64,000 bases of DNA from Syncephalis fuscata S228. Its lineage: Eukaryota > Fungi > Zoopagomycota. The position numbers and the translations under genes were made by a program. The notes beneath the pieces were generated by a model. That model made no database searches, had not been told where the DNA came from, and saw only the letters and a list, made by a program, of their open reading frames with translations. Shown piece by piece: positions 1 to 12,599 of this stretch. The stretch's first letter is position 1; the number at the start of each line of letters is the position of its first letter. Location of the stretch: positions 682,001 through 746,000 of the forward strand of contig JAHLTZ010000006.1 of the NCBI GenBank assembly GCA_025786725.1, in the 5' to 3' direction.

Positions 1-169
1 CTCCGTATTTATTTTGTCATTTTGATCAATCAAATCAATGATATTCCACTGTCAATTGCATTCAATAATATTCTAACATTTATCAAACAAAAACATGATT
101 AATTATACTGACTAGATCTTTAATAATACATTTAACAAAATGTATTAACAATTATATTTATATGATCCA

Positions 170-1637
170 TTAGGATCGATAGTCAGCATTAATGCTGACA
201 TAATCATGCGAAAAATCGCATGTCCACATGGTGGCTTCCTCTTGGCCAAGACCAAGATCGACGTGGATTTCGATATCCTCGTTTTTAAGTAGCTGTGCAG
301 CAAAAAATTCATCGACTGGCACTGGCTCACCCTTGCTTAGCACAGCAAGTGGCTGTTCAGGCTGAGCGGTGGCCTTAAACGTAACACTGACTCGTTCTGG
401 TTTAATGGTTGTTTCGCTGCCTGGAGCATAGCCAATGGCACAAAGTACACGTCCCCAGTTAGCATCTTGGCCATAAAGTGCCGTTTTTACTAAAGCACTT
501 GTGCAAATAGTCGAGGCGATTGTCTTTGCTTGGTTAAAATCTTGCGCATTCTATTGATAATAATACCAAGTATCGTATTAGTTGCATTGCTATGATAATT
601 TAATATACACCTGCCTTTACGCTAACGGTAACAAATTTTGTAGCACCTTCACCATCACGGACAACGAGCTGAGCAAGTTCAGCAGAGAACTCGGTCAATT
701 GGTCACGGAATGCAAGGTAGTCGGCGCTATCGGGTGTAATTACTGCTTGTCGATCACCATTACCGGTCCATGCCGCGCCATTGGCCAGTAGAGCAACTGT
801 ATCATTAGTGCTAGTATCGCCATCGATTGTAATTGCGTTAAAGGATCGATCAACAGCATGGCTAAGTGCTTTTTGTAGCGCATCAGCTCTAACTGCAGCA
901 TCAGTACAAACAAAGCTTAGCATGGTCGCCATATTTGGATGAATCATGCCGGCACCTTTGGCCATACCAGCCATACGATACTCTTTTCCAGACGGTAGTT
1001 GATAAACACGACTACGCAACTTAGGAAAAGTATCAGTGGTACAAATACCCCGGGCTGCTGTTAACCAATTTGTATGACTGTCACCAAGGTGATTTTGATA
1101 AACCTCAGGCACACCAGTACGAATGCATTGCATTGGTAATGGCTGACCAATAACACCAGTCGACATGACGAGTGTTGCATCGGTTGACGGTGCGTTTGAC
1201 GATAATAGCTCGTTAACCGATGCTGCCATTGCTGCCGCGTCCTTATCGCCTTGCGTGCCAGTAACCGCGTTGGCACAGCCAGCGTTAATTAAAATGGCGC
1301 GTATGGGCCGGCCACTTGGGTCGGCACGGTGACGAGCCAAAAGGGCACGGTCGAATTGCACGGGTGCAGCGGGAAATGCATTACGCGTAAATACCGCGGC
1401 TCCTGTGCATGGCTGGTCCGCCACCAGTAATGTAAGGTCGAGTCCAGACTTTTTTATACCGCAATGAACTGCGCCTAGTCGATAGCCAAGTGGATACGTA
1501 CCGTCAGTTGGTATAAAACGGTCTTTTGACGCTGATGTTGTGTAGTGTCGGCTATAGGCGGCACGATAGGTGCTTCTTGGCGCCAAACGAGAAACAGCTG
1601 CAGCGGTAGCTTGGAACCAAGACTTAGTCAACAGCAT
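170..1637 (-). CDS. ARG7: Mitochondrial ornithine acetyltransferase / ArgJ family bifunctional protein (2 exons: 1637-615, 550-170)
   Basis: ArgJ motifs [53 protein letters not shown]. Exon 2 has [15 protein letters not shown] and ends [18 protein letters not shown]. The intron 614-551 is GC-AG. The N-terminus looks like a mitochondrial presequence. Confidence 0.95.
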
Positions 1638-2218
1638 AGTAGAAAAAGGTAACTAACTAGAGTAAAAACGAAAAAAATGATTTGTATTTAATATTGGTCC
1701 TGTTTTCTGGATGTCGCCGTAATTGTATTATAGACGTTTACAATTGAAGCTTATACAAATTTGATGTAAATCTTTATCAAGAGAAGGAAAGATAATATCT
1801 TTTTAGAGATGTAAAAATAATAATCTCAAAAAAAAAGATCAATCACATGGAGAAAGATGAATGATCATTTGGCTTTTAAATTATACTAATAGCTAATAAA
1901 TTGCTCAATAAAAATTAACTGCTGAATGAAAATCATAAATAATTTGCAACAGTTGATCAAATATAGTTAAAGTAAGATAATATGTTTATTACTACAAATT
2001 TGAATAGCTGAATAAACACAACTAAATTCGGTCTTGTTGGTAATATAGTAGCAAGATTGTTTAAAAGTTGAATAGGCTGGAGCATTGGCTGGACTTGGTA
2101 TATAAGTGAACTAACTTCTGTTGCTTGAGAGTTTTGCTTTTTGCCAAATATATACCTAGCTGTATTAAACTAGCATTCGATCAAACTACCAATACTAATG
2201 TCCTGGAAGCGCCGGTTA

Positions 2219-3133
2219 TTCTATTTCTAAAAAATATACAACACATGCCATATAATTAGTGTATAGGCTAGAATTATAAAATCCCACTTACAAACTATTA
2301 TTATGAGTTATTGTACACAGTGTACAAAGTGTAATCAGTGTATTGTTACTAAATATATAATTTTACTTACGACCTATTGATAAAATTGTTAAATCCACAC
2401 GGTTTATGGCATATGATTAGCGTATAAATGATTGATATATAATGTCAGTTACTGCCTAATAATACAAGTTATCAAATGTACACGGTTTATAGCGTATGTT
2501 TAGCGTGTGTGTATGATTAATTATACGTATTTTTACTTACTAACTATTAATATTGAATTGTTGATATACATTACACAACATTCAATTAGCGTACTATTAC
2601 TAAACATATAATGTTACTTACCAACTATTGATATTAATTTGTTAAGTACATGCGATGCACAAAATATGCTAGTGCATTGTTAGATAACATAAAATGCTAC
2701 TTACGTCCTATTGATACAAATTATTAGAAGCACAAAGTAAATGGTGCTGATTTAATACACAATTACTTGTTATACGATTCTATTTACCTTCTATTAGTGT
2801 CAAATTAGTAAGCACATAAATATATTATGCAATCAGCGTGTGTGTTTATTCAAATAAAATAGCACTTACGACCTATCAATAAAAGTTGTTAAAGCACGGT
2901 GCATGTAATATGAAATCAGCGTATTGTTAATTAATATACACTATTACTTACGACCTAATTCATACATCCCATTAAACAAACACAATATATGACATATGAT
3001 CAGTGTATAGCCAGTTAACTCATTTTAGTTGGAACATACCACGACGAACTAAAATTGGCTTAGCATCCACTGTGACCATATTGGCTACAAAAGCAATGGC
3101 TACAATGCAGGCAATGGCGATAGAAAGCTTCAT
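2219..3133 (-). CDS. Micro-exon-encoded secreted prepropeptide, paralog A (exon 1 3133-3040, nine 3-nt exons, terminal exon from ~2220): MKLSIAIACIVAIAFVANMVTVDAKPILVRR-GRQGLVSSL*
   Basis: Signal-peptide exon followed by a GTATGT donor, then ten 71-85-nt GT..TAG introns. The intervening triplets are GTC(2952-54), GTC(2870-72), AAG(2788-90), GAC(2705-07), TTG(2622-24), TTA(2541-43), GCA(2453-55), GTC(2371-73), TTT(2292-94). Exon 1 and the terminal exon are homologous to the gene at 58.8-63.8 kb. Confidence 0.75.
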
Positions 3134-4741
3134 GGTGATATAGATTTGTTAAAACAAAAAGTAAAATAAAAAATGCAGATGCTTGCGATGAAGTAGATAG
3201 TAACAGTGGTTTGTGCAGAAAGTAAAATGCAATGATAATACCATTAGTTATTTGCACGCATTTTGTGAACTATTTAAGTCTACGGTTGTGCTGGAATACC
3301 AAAGGTATGTATTTTGTAGAATATACCACTGAAATGCAATGCCAATTAATTAAACAAATTTACGTCATGACTTAAAGCACGCGTATATAGATAGATTAAT
3401 GCATCATAGTATGCGATTTAGTTCTTTGTTTTAACTTTGCACTTACAAGAATACTGCAACAATGGCAATTACCTGGTGCATATTTAATTTGAACATGCAT
3501 GTCAACCTTTGGTTGTATTTTTTGCACAATTCAGCAAAGCCATAACAAAGAACATGCTAGATTTATACGAACAATGATAATGGTGCCTTTATGTCTTTGT
3601 TCTCACTTTTTTGAAAAAACTGCAAAGGCTAATACTTGCTTTTACTTCAAAAAAATGCTACACCACAGCAAATTTATACATCAGAATACTATTTCTGCAT
3701 AGAATGGCAGAATCTTGTGCATAAACCATTGTAGTTTCTTGAAATACAGCAATATACTAATTTAATAATGTAGTTATTGTTATAAAAATGCATAATTACA
3801 CATGTCATTATATGCGTTGTATCATTGTTGACATATCGCGTAACAGAACTTTTGATAGCAATGTTTGTATGTAAGTCACTAGTTTATCAAAAAATTGTTT
3901 AGTCGTTCGCTTATTATGCGATGAACTACATCCATAACTATTAAATATATACTATGCTGTTTACATATAATAGAAAATAACAACTATAATGCTGCAATGC
4001 AATAAAATCATTGCAAACTGCTGCAAAAATACACTGGTTGCAATAATTGCTAGTAAAAACGTCTATTATGAATATATGACAAGTAAATACTTGTTATTTG
4101 TAAACATAAGAACGTTTTATTAATTAAATGATTGCTATTACTTTTTAACGCATATTCATTGAACGTTTACCGTTTGATGACACTGAACGCACTCTTTCTA
4201 TACTGCTGCATATTATCATAGCATTAACTCAATGATTTTGCGTTTAAATTTACAAGCCAACACTCTGTTGGTATTCAAAGTACTAGAAACGGAAATACGT
4301 TATTTTTGCTACAATCATATTATTATGCATAAGATATTACATTTTACAATAATTATATGCGTTAAAAATAACAAATAATGCAATACAATTTATCTATTGC
4401 ATGCTAAATACAGTATTGAATAAAAAAAAACAGAATGCAGAATTGCAAAATATAAACAAATAGTCTATTTGCTAAACTATACTTTATTATTAAAAGCGGC
4501 GATTACTATTAACTGCATGATTATCAACACATATAGGCATTACCGATACTTTTATCGGTGGGTGCCAATAGCTACATGGCAGACATTAGCATGCCGTATA
4601 CCTACACGTCCTACCGGTGTGATGATTACATTTGATGCACACACCATTATGTCAATAAAGCAGACATACACATAAATAACACATCGTTATAAAATGCGTA
4701 ATCAATGATTTATCTGTGCATACCACTGTACTATTGTACAC

Positions 4742-4947
4742 TTCATTATGCCACATAATCTTGGAGTGTCGGCACATATAAATTACGTGTTTTTGAAAAA
4801 TCGTGAGAGTGCTACAAATAGAAATGGCAATATAATCGTGAGAAATGACATTTTCAAACACGTTTTGGTTGCTAGCACTTTCTCATGATTATCAAAAGCA
4901 CGTAATTTATATGTGCCGACGCTCCAAGATTATGTGGTCATAATGAA
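4742..4947. repeat. Imperfect inverted repeat / fold-back (MITE-like)
   Basis: ~73-bp arms: ttcattatgccacataatcttggagtgtcggcacatataaattacgtg... pairs with ...cacgtaatttatatgtgccgacgctccaagattatgtggtcataatgaa. The loop is ~58 bp. Confidence 0.8.
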
Positions 4948-5979
4948 TGATATTACGTATCTCTAGTTATATTATTAATTGAACTACAAATCGGTAAGAA
5001 TTGCCTGATTTATCCAAAAAAGCAGTAATGGTTTTTATTTGCCATTTTGCCATTATAACCGCACACAATACCAATCGAAAGTGTATTAAATATTTAACTA
5101 ACTAATTGCAGTAAACAGTCGCTTGTATGTTGGCAACATTGATTGATGTAGCAATAACTGGCCATTGCTAGTTAGTGTACATACATTACCATCCATTATT
5201 AGCGTTGATCATGTGTCCGTGTTGTCTGGCTAGTACACTAATAGTATAGCTGGCCTATTAAGCTATATTAGTAGCATATGAATAGCATTGAGTATTGATA
5301 CTATTTAATATATAATGGCTATTGGCACGCATTTTGATCACAATCATTGCATGGCACTACTATTATTTTGTGATTATAACAATCGTATTAATCGTTGGTA
5401 TTGTGTGCGCACTAACATATATTTCACGTTGTTGTAATTGCTCAACTGCATGTTTGCTAGTACTGCATCCATATGTGCATATTGCTGACGTATATTGACA
5501 CTGATCGCCATCCATGCCAGTTGAATGTTATCGACAGGTCTGCAACTATAACAAGCAGTGGTTGCTGTTTTTATATCCGCTAACAAACATGATCATTGCT
5601 GTTGCTTTCGTGTATCATTGGATGTATGTATATATGGATGTCAACTGTTTAGTATGATATTTATATTGTAATGTTGATTTCCATCATGGTACTATGCCTA
5701 CCTTGTTTACAAATAATATCAAATACAGCCACTTTCTTATAGCTACTCTAACATCTAGCATATTTAAATTGTAACTTTATTATAAAAGCAATACTAATAG
5801 AATCTTCAGTAGTTTGGTATGTCATTATCACATTATGATTTATTATTTTATTTGGCTGTCTTATTTGTGTTAGTTTATTGCATTACTATTAAATAATTTA
5901 ATGTAATTTGGTAGCTAAATAATTAAATTTGATGCTAACAGCTCAATTGAGCTACACATCTACTTTATTGAACATAGAT

Positions 5980-8900
5980 CCGGGTGATGAATGACACCAG
6001 TCATTAACTACTTATTATTATATATTTACAATTTAGTATGCATATATACTCCATCCACCAATAGCATTACCACGGTATCCCATACTATCATATATTATTT
6101 TAGCATATATTGGCTACATTATATTTGTTACAAATTTCGAGTATATCTAGTTTGATGAACAAAAATAAAAATAACATTGAATAGAGGGAAGGCTGGACGA
6201 TTATAAAATGATATATAGAATGAAAAATGTATGGTGAGAAGACATATAAAATAATATTAAAGTTATATTGCATATAACGCATTGAGTGGAGTGTGTTAGT
6301 GTATATAATGAATTGGCAATGAAAGACATAAATAAAATAACTAAATGAATCATTGGTGTTGCTGTTTAAATAAATCGTGTACATTTGTGTAATATGTAAT
6401 TATAATCTAGCTATTTAAAAAATAATAAACTTTTAAACAAATATATGGACAATAGTAATAAAACCTTTATTATAATATCACGTTATCTTAATAAATACAC
6501 CACACACCTCCTTATTCAAGCCATTATATATAATTATTATTCTCTCTTTACAACCATAGCCACTTTATTTACTCAACCAATGCACTTAATAAATATGCAA
6601 TACCAATACCAATTGACACCTGACTTGATAAAAAATCAAATAAATATATATTTTCCTCCATTTGGAAAACTATGCCAAGTAATAGCATCAACAACAATGT
6701 ATCATACTACTGTTGATACTTGTGCCAATGAAGGCAATCATTGGTATTGTAAATCGCATACAAAAACGATGGCCTACAATGACAAATGCAGTTTAGATAT
6801 ACTTGTTGATCCGGCACCAATGCTTGAATAGCTATAATAAAAGTGCATTAGTATTGTTTAGTAGTAATAAAATAATTATGTCTAGCTGATTGTTGTTTGT
6901 ATATAAGTTATAAAATACATTTAAGATAATTCTTTTGCTGTTTGGATATTGTCATTATTTGTTATACAATACTATAAATAAATGTAAAAGTTGTTAAAAG
7001 TTGCTAATCATGATGATCAGCTAATATAGAAACTATGCGTCCACCTGGAATACTGGCAATACTACGACTTGGGCGTAAGTAACAGTTGTCAGAAGCACAT
7101 AGCCCTATACTAGCTTCCTATCAAGATGACAATACGGTTTATTAAACGATATGATATGCAGTAATAAACATCACTGGACTACTGGTTCACCCAATTGTAG
7201 CTAGTGTGTAAAGCTAAGTGTATAAACACCACTGCATACTACGATTAAAACGGATATTGCCAAATGCTGCTGCATTATTAAATGGTCACAGCATAACCAT
7301 AGTGGTATATCATCTAGCATACCGCGCTGTTGCATGCGAGCCCGAGGGGTCGTTACATTTTTCCGTGACTGGCGACACGGCGTTTAAATGATATGATACT
7401 AATGAAGTTATACTGTGATTCATTTAACAACACCTACAAGTAAACAGTATAGATATACGTTCGCCTATTACAGGCGTTCACATACCACATCCGGTCTAGT
7501 GTGTTATGGTAGTATTCAGCAAGTTAAATTCTACCCCACACCTCCAGCGCGCGCTCAATGCAAATAGGCACTAGTATATGGCCACCCATTACAGGCGCAC
7601 CGCCTTAACATGAGGTGAAGCACAGCAAAACTACCCAACTTGCTAAATAATGTTGCAGCCACTCCCAATTTCCACATGCATCCGCACTACACTAGTATAC
7701 AACCGCCTATTACAGGCAACTGTATAATACCGATCCAGTATAATATAATAGTCTGCAATATTATATTACACACACAATATAGCCCACAAGCAAAAACACA
7801 GTATCTCACGATCAACCAGCAAGGGGATCATATGCCGCCGGATGTAGCTACTAAACCTGATGGTATACCATTAACAAGCGGTTTATAGCACATTAACAAC
7901 TAGAAACAGAAGAAGGCGAGATAACGAGCAAAAGTAAGCTCAACACAACCTTATAAACTTACTTTAAAATATATCTACCAATTAGAATGGATAATATTGG
8001 TAAATAGTATGTGGCAACTGTTCATTGGCGTATTGCAACTGACTGAAACCTTCTAATGCCAGATACCATCTTATCAGTAAATTGGATTATAATCCCTTCC
8101 TTATTTCCATATTTGCTCACTTTTTGCCTTCCATTTGCCGGTCATTTCCGCGCATAATCAGCATATCTATACTGGCTAGTTGAATCAATTGGCCAATGCA
8201 ACTGAAACATAGCCAAATGCGACCATTCTTAATCAGTTGTACCACTATAATAGCGGTTCTTTCCGATGCTATCAATATTGTCAGGGCTTAGCAGGTATTT
8301 TCACTTTTTCTCAAGTATTCTTGCCATTCGCACACAATTAAATCAGTCGATCCACACAATTTATTACTGTATTAGTTAAATAAAATGACTACTTTTCTTT
8401 AGAAATATGGTCTATAACATAATTCACCGATTGAGTTTCAATGCTACTAAATAGAATAAAATACACGCTGTTCATATTACATTACAAAGTCCGTTAAAGT
8501 TATGAAGTAAAAACAGGAATAAACACGTAACCATATCGACTGCAAAGGCCAACATGAAAACCAGTATGATGTAGCACATGCATGCTTAGCCAAGTGACTA
8601 TATAAAATACCAATATGCACAATAGTTTGCTATACACTTAGGACTGAGCTATAGCATCAGTAAGCAGAACATACTACAAGTATAATGCTATTAATTGTAC
8701 AATAAAGTATTATTGTTTTATTACCATCAATACTGACTGATATTGTAATATTGTGTGTTTTTAAATTTATGAATGTCGCAATAAACAGAATCTTTTGCTT
8801 TACTTTTTGTTACCACTTCATTTTCAACGCTTACTTTTACTTTGAAGCTTTATTCATTGAACATCCGTACTTAACATCGTTATCACCATGACATCTTTGA

Positions 8901-11900
8901 ACTTTGATCAAATATCCATTTCTATTCCTACCTCCTTTGTCTTTACGGGGGGCTCGATCCCACATACTCCGACGGCAGTTCCCGTAGAACTGCCATCAGA
9001 TCTTTTAAGTGATGAAGATCTGATGTATTCAAACATTCCAAGTTGCTGGAATGTTTTATCTGAAGAAGAGCGTACCGGTATAACTGCTTGGGCTGAAGTA
9101 TACGAGGCAGGGTCTAAGAGTAAGTTGAGTTTATGATGAGCATATAGTTGGCTAATGATAGTCGTTAAGCAAACATATTGTTAAAAAGCAAATATTACAC
9201 CATTGGAGCTAGTAATTGCTGGTAACTATTCAGCAGTATGAAATCTATAAAGAAATAAGCTGACATTATATGTGTATTACTAGTGACTATTGTTTAACTG
9301 CAGTTCCTATGCCAGATCGCTGTTTTGAAATCTTAGTGGTAAGTACAGCATATACTTTCATAAACTGTTTTTAATGGTGTATTGATATAGAACAATGGCA
9401 CTGTTAGCTGTACAGTAAGTAAATGACTATTTACCACATTCATTACTAACTAGCAATCTAGAATGTTGGACTGCCAGTATTAATAGGCTAGTTTAGATAG
9501 TAATATCAACAAAGTTGCTAACATTTGGTTTAGTTGATGGAATTGGATTATTTGCTAATGATTCACAAACAATTACTGGAGATTGTACCATTGGAACACC
9601 CAATGGTGAAAGTAAGTAGTAAATATCATTTATTATTATTGCTTCTAATACTGTATAATAGTAACGCTTAATGTTCATGTCATTGAACGTTGCCTACCTA
9701 TGAAAATAGAAGAAGGCGAAGAATACGAAGAGGTAAGTTTATAAGCCTATTTAAATATTACTAATATGCCAATTTTATCAATACCATAGGTGTTGAATAA
9801 ATGGGTGATGATTACAAACGATCAGCCCCTTGGGGAGTAAGTAATTAAATTAGGCAAATCAATCAACTAACTATTCATTTATAACAGGGGCAGTTTTGGC
9901 GAAGTGAAGCTTGGGATAGACCGCAAGACGCGCGAGCGTGTTGCGGTGAAGGTCTCACTGCATTGCCATGACTTTAAGAATTACAAAAGAGAGGTCCGCG
10001 CTTTACACGCGGTTGGAAACCACTCTCTTTTTGTACGGGGTCTACGAGGAGGGATCACCAGCCTGAACACGTACTTGGTGATCCAGTACATGGCAGGCGG
10101 TGATCTCTTTCATTACGTTAATCGCCACCTTCCCCTTCCAGAGATGGAAATAAAATATATCTTCAAGCAACTACTTGAAGGCGCGAAGGTAAGTATTACT
10201 AAAGTTTACTAATCAAAATACTAACATTACAATAGTTTTTGCATGAAAATAATATCGTGCACCGCGGCAAGTATATTTAATTATTTGCTAATACATTTAC
10301 TAATTATCATTATCATTATTATTAACTATCTAATTAGATATTAAGGTAATTTATTAAATTAATATCAAGCATTGTGCTAACTACTAATTAGCTGGATAAC
10401 ATCATGTTATCTGAGGATTGCCCATATCCCAAGGTCAAATATACTGACTTTGGGATGGCTCACTTCATAGAGCCTTCCTCCGAGTGGCCCACTTGCTGTG
10501 GCTCCGTACCATACATGGCGCCTGAAGCGTCATTATGGTCCAATCAACGGCACCAGTTGCTGGAGCGTGCCAAAGCAGTTCCAGGAATGCACCGGCAATT
10601 AACCTCGGCGCCGTTTGACGTCAATGGGTACGGCAAACCCATTGACATGTGGGGCTTGGGGGTCATGCTCTACGTAATGCTACGGGGTAAGTACAAACAA
10701 AAATAAAAACAAAATACTAACTATTCTATATTATAAATAGGTAAATTTCCCTATAGCAATTCAAATGATACACTGGTTTGTCTTGAACGTATATTAGACA
10801 ATCCAGTTGATTTTGAACAAGAGCTAAGCCAATTCAGCCGTGAAGGTAAGTAAAGCATTTATTTATTAACAATAGCTAATATTGCATAGCAATTGACTTA
10901 GTGAAGGGGCTACTTGATGTCGACAGTAGCACGCGCTACACCGCTGAGAGTGCGCTAAACTGTGGCTGGTTTAACAGCGAAGAACAAATAGATACAGATG
11001 TACCACTTGAAGAAGCCTCCACAAGTCAAATAGGTCCAACAACATCAGTAGCATTAATACCAGTAGCATCAACAACACCAGTGGCAACAACGCCTACACC
11101 TGCTCCAACAACACCAGTGGCATCAACACCAGTGGCATCAACAACAACACCAACAACAACGCTTACACCTGCTCCAGCAACAGTAGCTGCACCAGCCACG
11201 CCAACGGTGCCTACAATTAGTACTGCGTCACCAGCATCACCAGTACTAGCAGCTACAACTACATTTACAACTATAGCTACACCAACTGTAAAGAAGCGGT
11301 GGTGGCCGTCGCTTACGTTTAAACGACGATGCCAACCAAAACGCCATTGCTACTCTAAGTACAAGACACAAGGCGTAGCCAAACGGGTGCTTTCCATCCG
11401 AAAGTGCCGTCTCAACAAGAAGGCGCTTTAAAAGGTAAGAACTCACTAATGATTATACAAACCATAATACTAACCATCTATGTACTTAGCTGTTTCATTT
11501 CGTCTATTCATTGCTTTGTTTGCGTGTTATCAATAAATAATGTAAATGCTCTTTTATTTAGTATATAAATTATTGCTCTATCTTCTATAATGCGGTGAGA
11601 ATTGGTATGTTTTATTTTAATGGTTTTTGGTGTCAAATGACTTTTATTCTTTTAATACATTCGCCATTATACTGAATATATGTTCTATAATAATGAGTAG
11701 TTTTGGGGGTAAATAACTTTTATTCTTGATGCATTTATTCATTTACTATTAATCTGTTCTATGATGTACTGACATGTTGGGTAGATTGACTTTTATTATT
11801 TCACACTCCATTTATTAATGAATTAAACTCGCTGTTTATAAATATTGACTGACAGGTTTACATCTCACAATCTACGTCATCACACTTCCTTTCTCTTTCT

Positions 11901-12155
11901 TTACACTTGATAGCATATATCCATTGCATATACTTGTACACTCTATATGTATTATATAGATAGTGTCAGTAGTTGACTGACTACTAGTTATGTGCAAACA
12001 CCTTCTACACTATGTACTTGCATTGCTCTTTTGTAATCTGACCTTTTTTGCAAATCACTTTCCTTGCTCTGATCGTTGCTTTTGGCAGCTTTATTGACAC
12101 GGTAAGTGCATTCCTGGCTTGTTTTATGTTATTTTGAGCATATGCTGTGAAGTCT
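5980..12155. repeat. Segmental tandem duplication, copy 1 (kinase plus flanks); left boundary approximate
   Basis: Homologous to ~12600-18180. The blocks 7870-8225 vs 14268-14620 and 11636-12155 vs 17660-18180 are near-identical. Confidence 0.8.
8888..11431 (+). CDS. Multi-exon Ser/Thr protein kinase (CAMK-group, Chk2/Mek1-like) with degenerate FHA-like N-terminus and Thr/Pro-rich, basic tail
   Basis: GSFGEVK, VAVK, HRDIKLDN (split over an 8-nt exon 10338-10345), DFG, YMAPE, DMWGLG. Many short GT-AG introns. Confidence 0.85.
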
Positions 12156-12231
12156 CGTTGTATACCTTGTTTATGCTATGGATCATTGCAAATTACGCTA
12201 TTGTATATGCACAACTGCCAGTACGACGAAT

Positions 12232-12470
12232 GTAGCGACCATATGCTGCCAAAGCTACTGTATGCCTTGATTTGCTATAGATGGCCACTATAGATTGTGC
12301 TGGTAATAGCATATACAGTAGCGACAGTAGTAGATTGCACTGTATGGTACTGAAATGTTATTCAGTGGCCGTACTAAAAGTGCAATCTACTACTACTTCT
12401 AAAACGACTGCAGCGGTGATCTATGGCAAACCAAAGCATGCAGTGAGTTTAGTAGCATGATGATTGTACT
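12232..12470. repeat. Degenerate palindrome (MITE-like); related fragment at ~18280-18345
   Basis: agtagtagattgcact ... agtgcaatctactact inner arms around ~12360. Outer arms: atatgctgccaaag..tttgctatagat vs atctatggcaaa..tttagtagcat. The sequence ctttggcagcatatagccactac at ~18320 is the reverse complement of the left arm. Confidence 0.55.
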
Positions 12471-12599
12471 GCTATGCACCAATAACTTCCCAAAGATAGA
12501 ATAATATATGTTAGTCTGAGTATATAATAAAAATCTATATGTATACTGAATATATGCATACTGGATAATGAATCTACAACGATAAGTATTTGATGATTG

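Noticed and set aside
3200-7900. Short ORFs of 60-130 aa in the ORF track (also 12700-14200, 28800-29700, 39590-39793 and antisense ORFs in genes)
   Set aside because: AT-rich, no recognisable motifs, and frames are not conserved between the duplicated segments.
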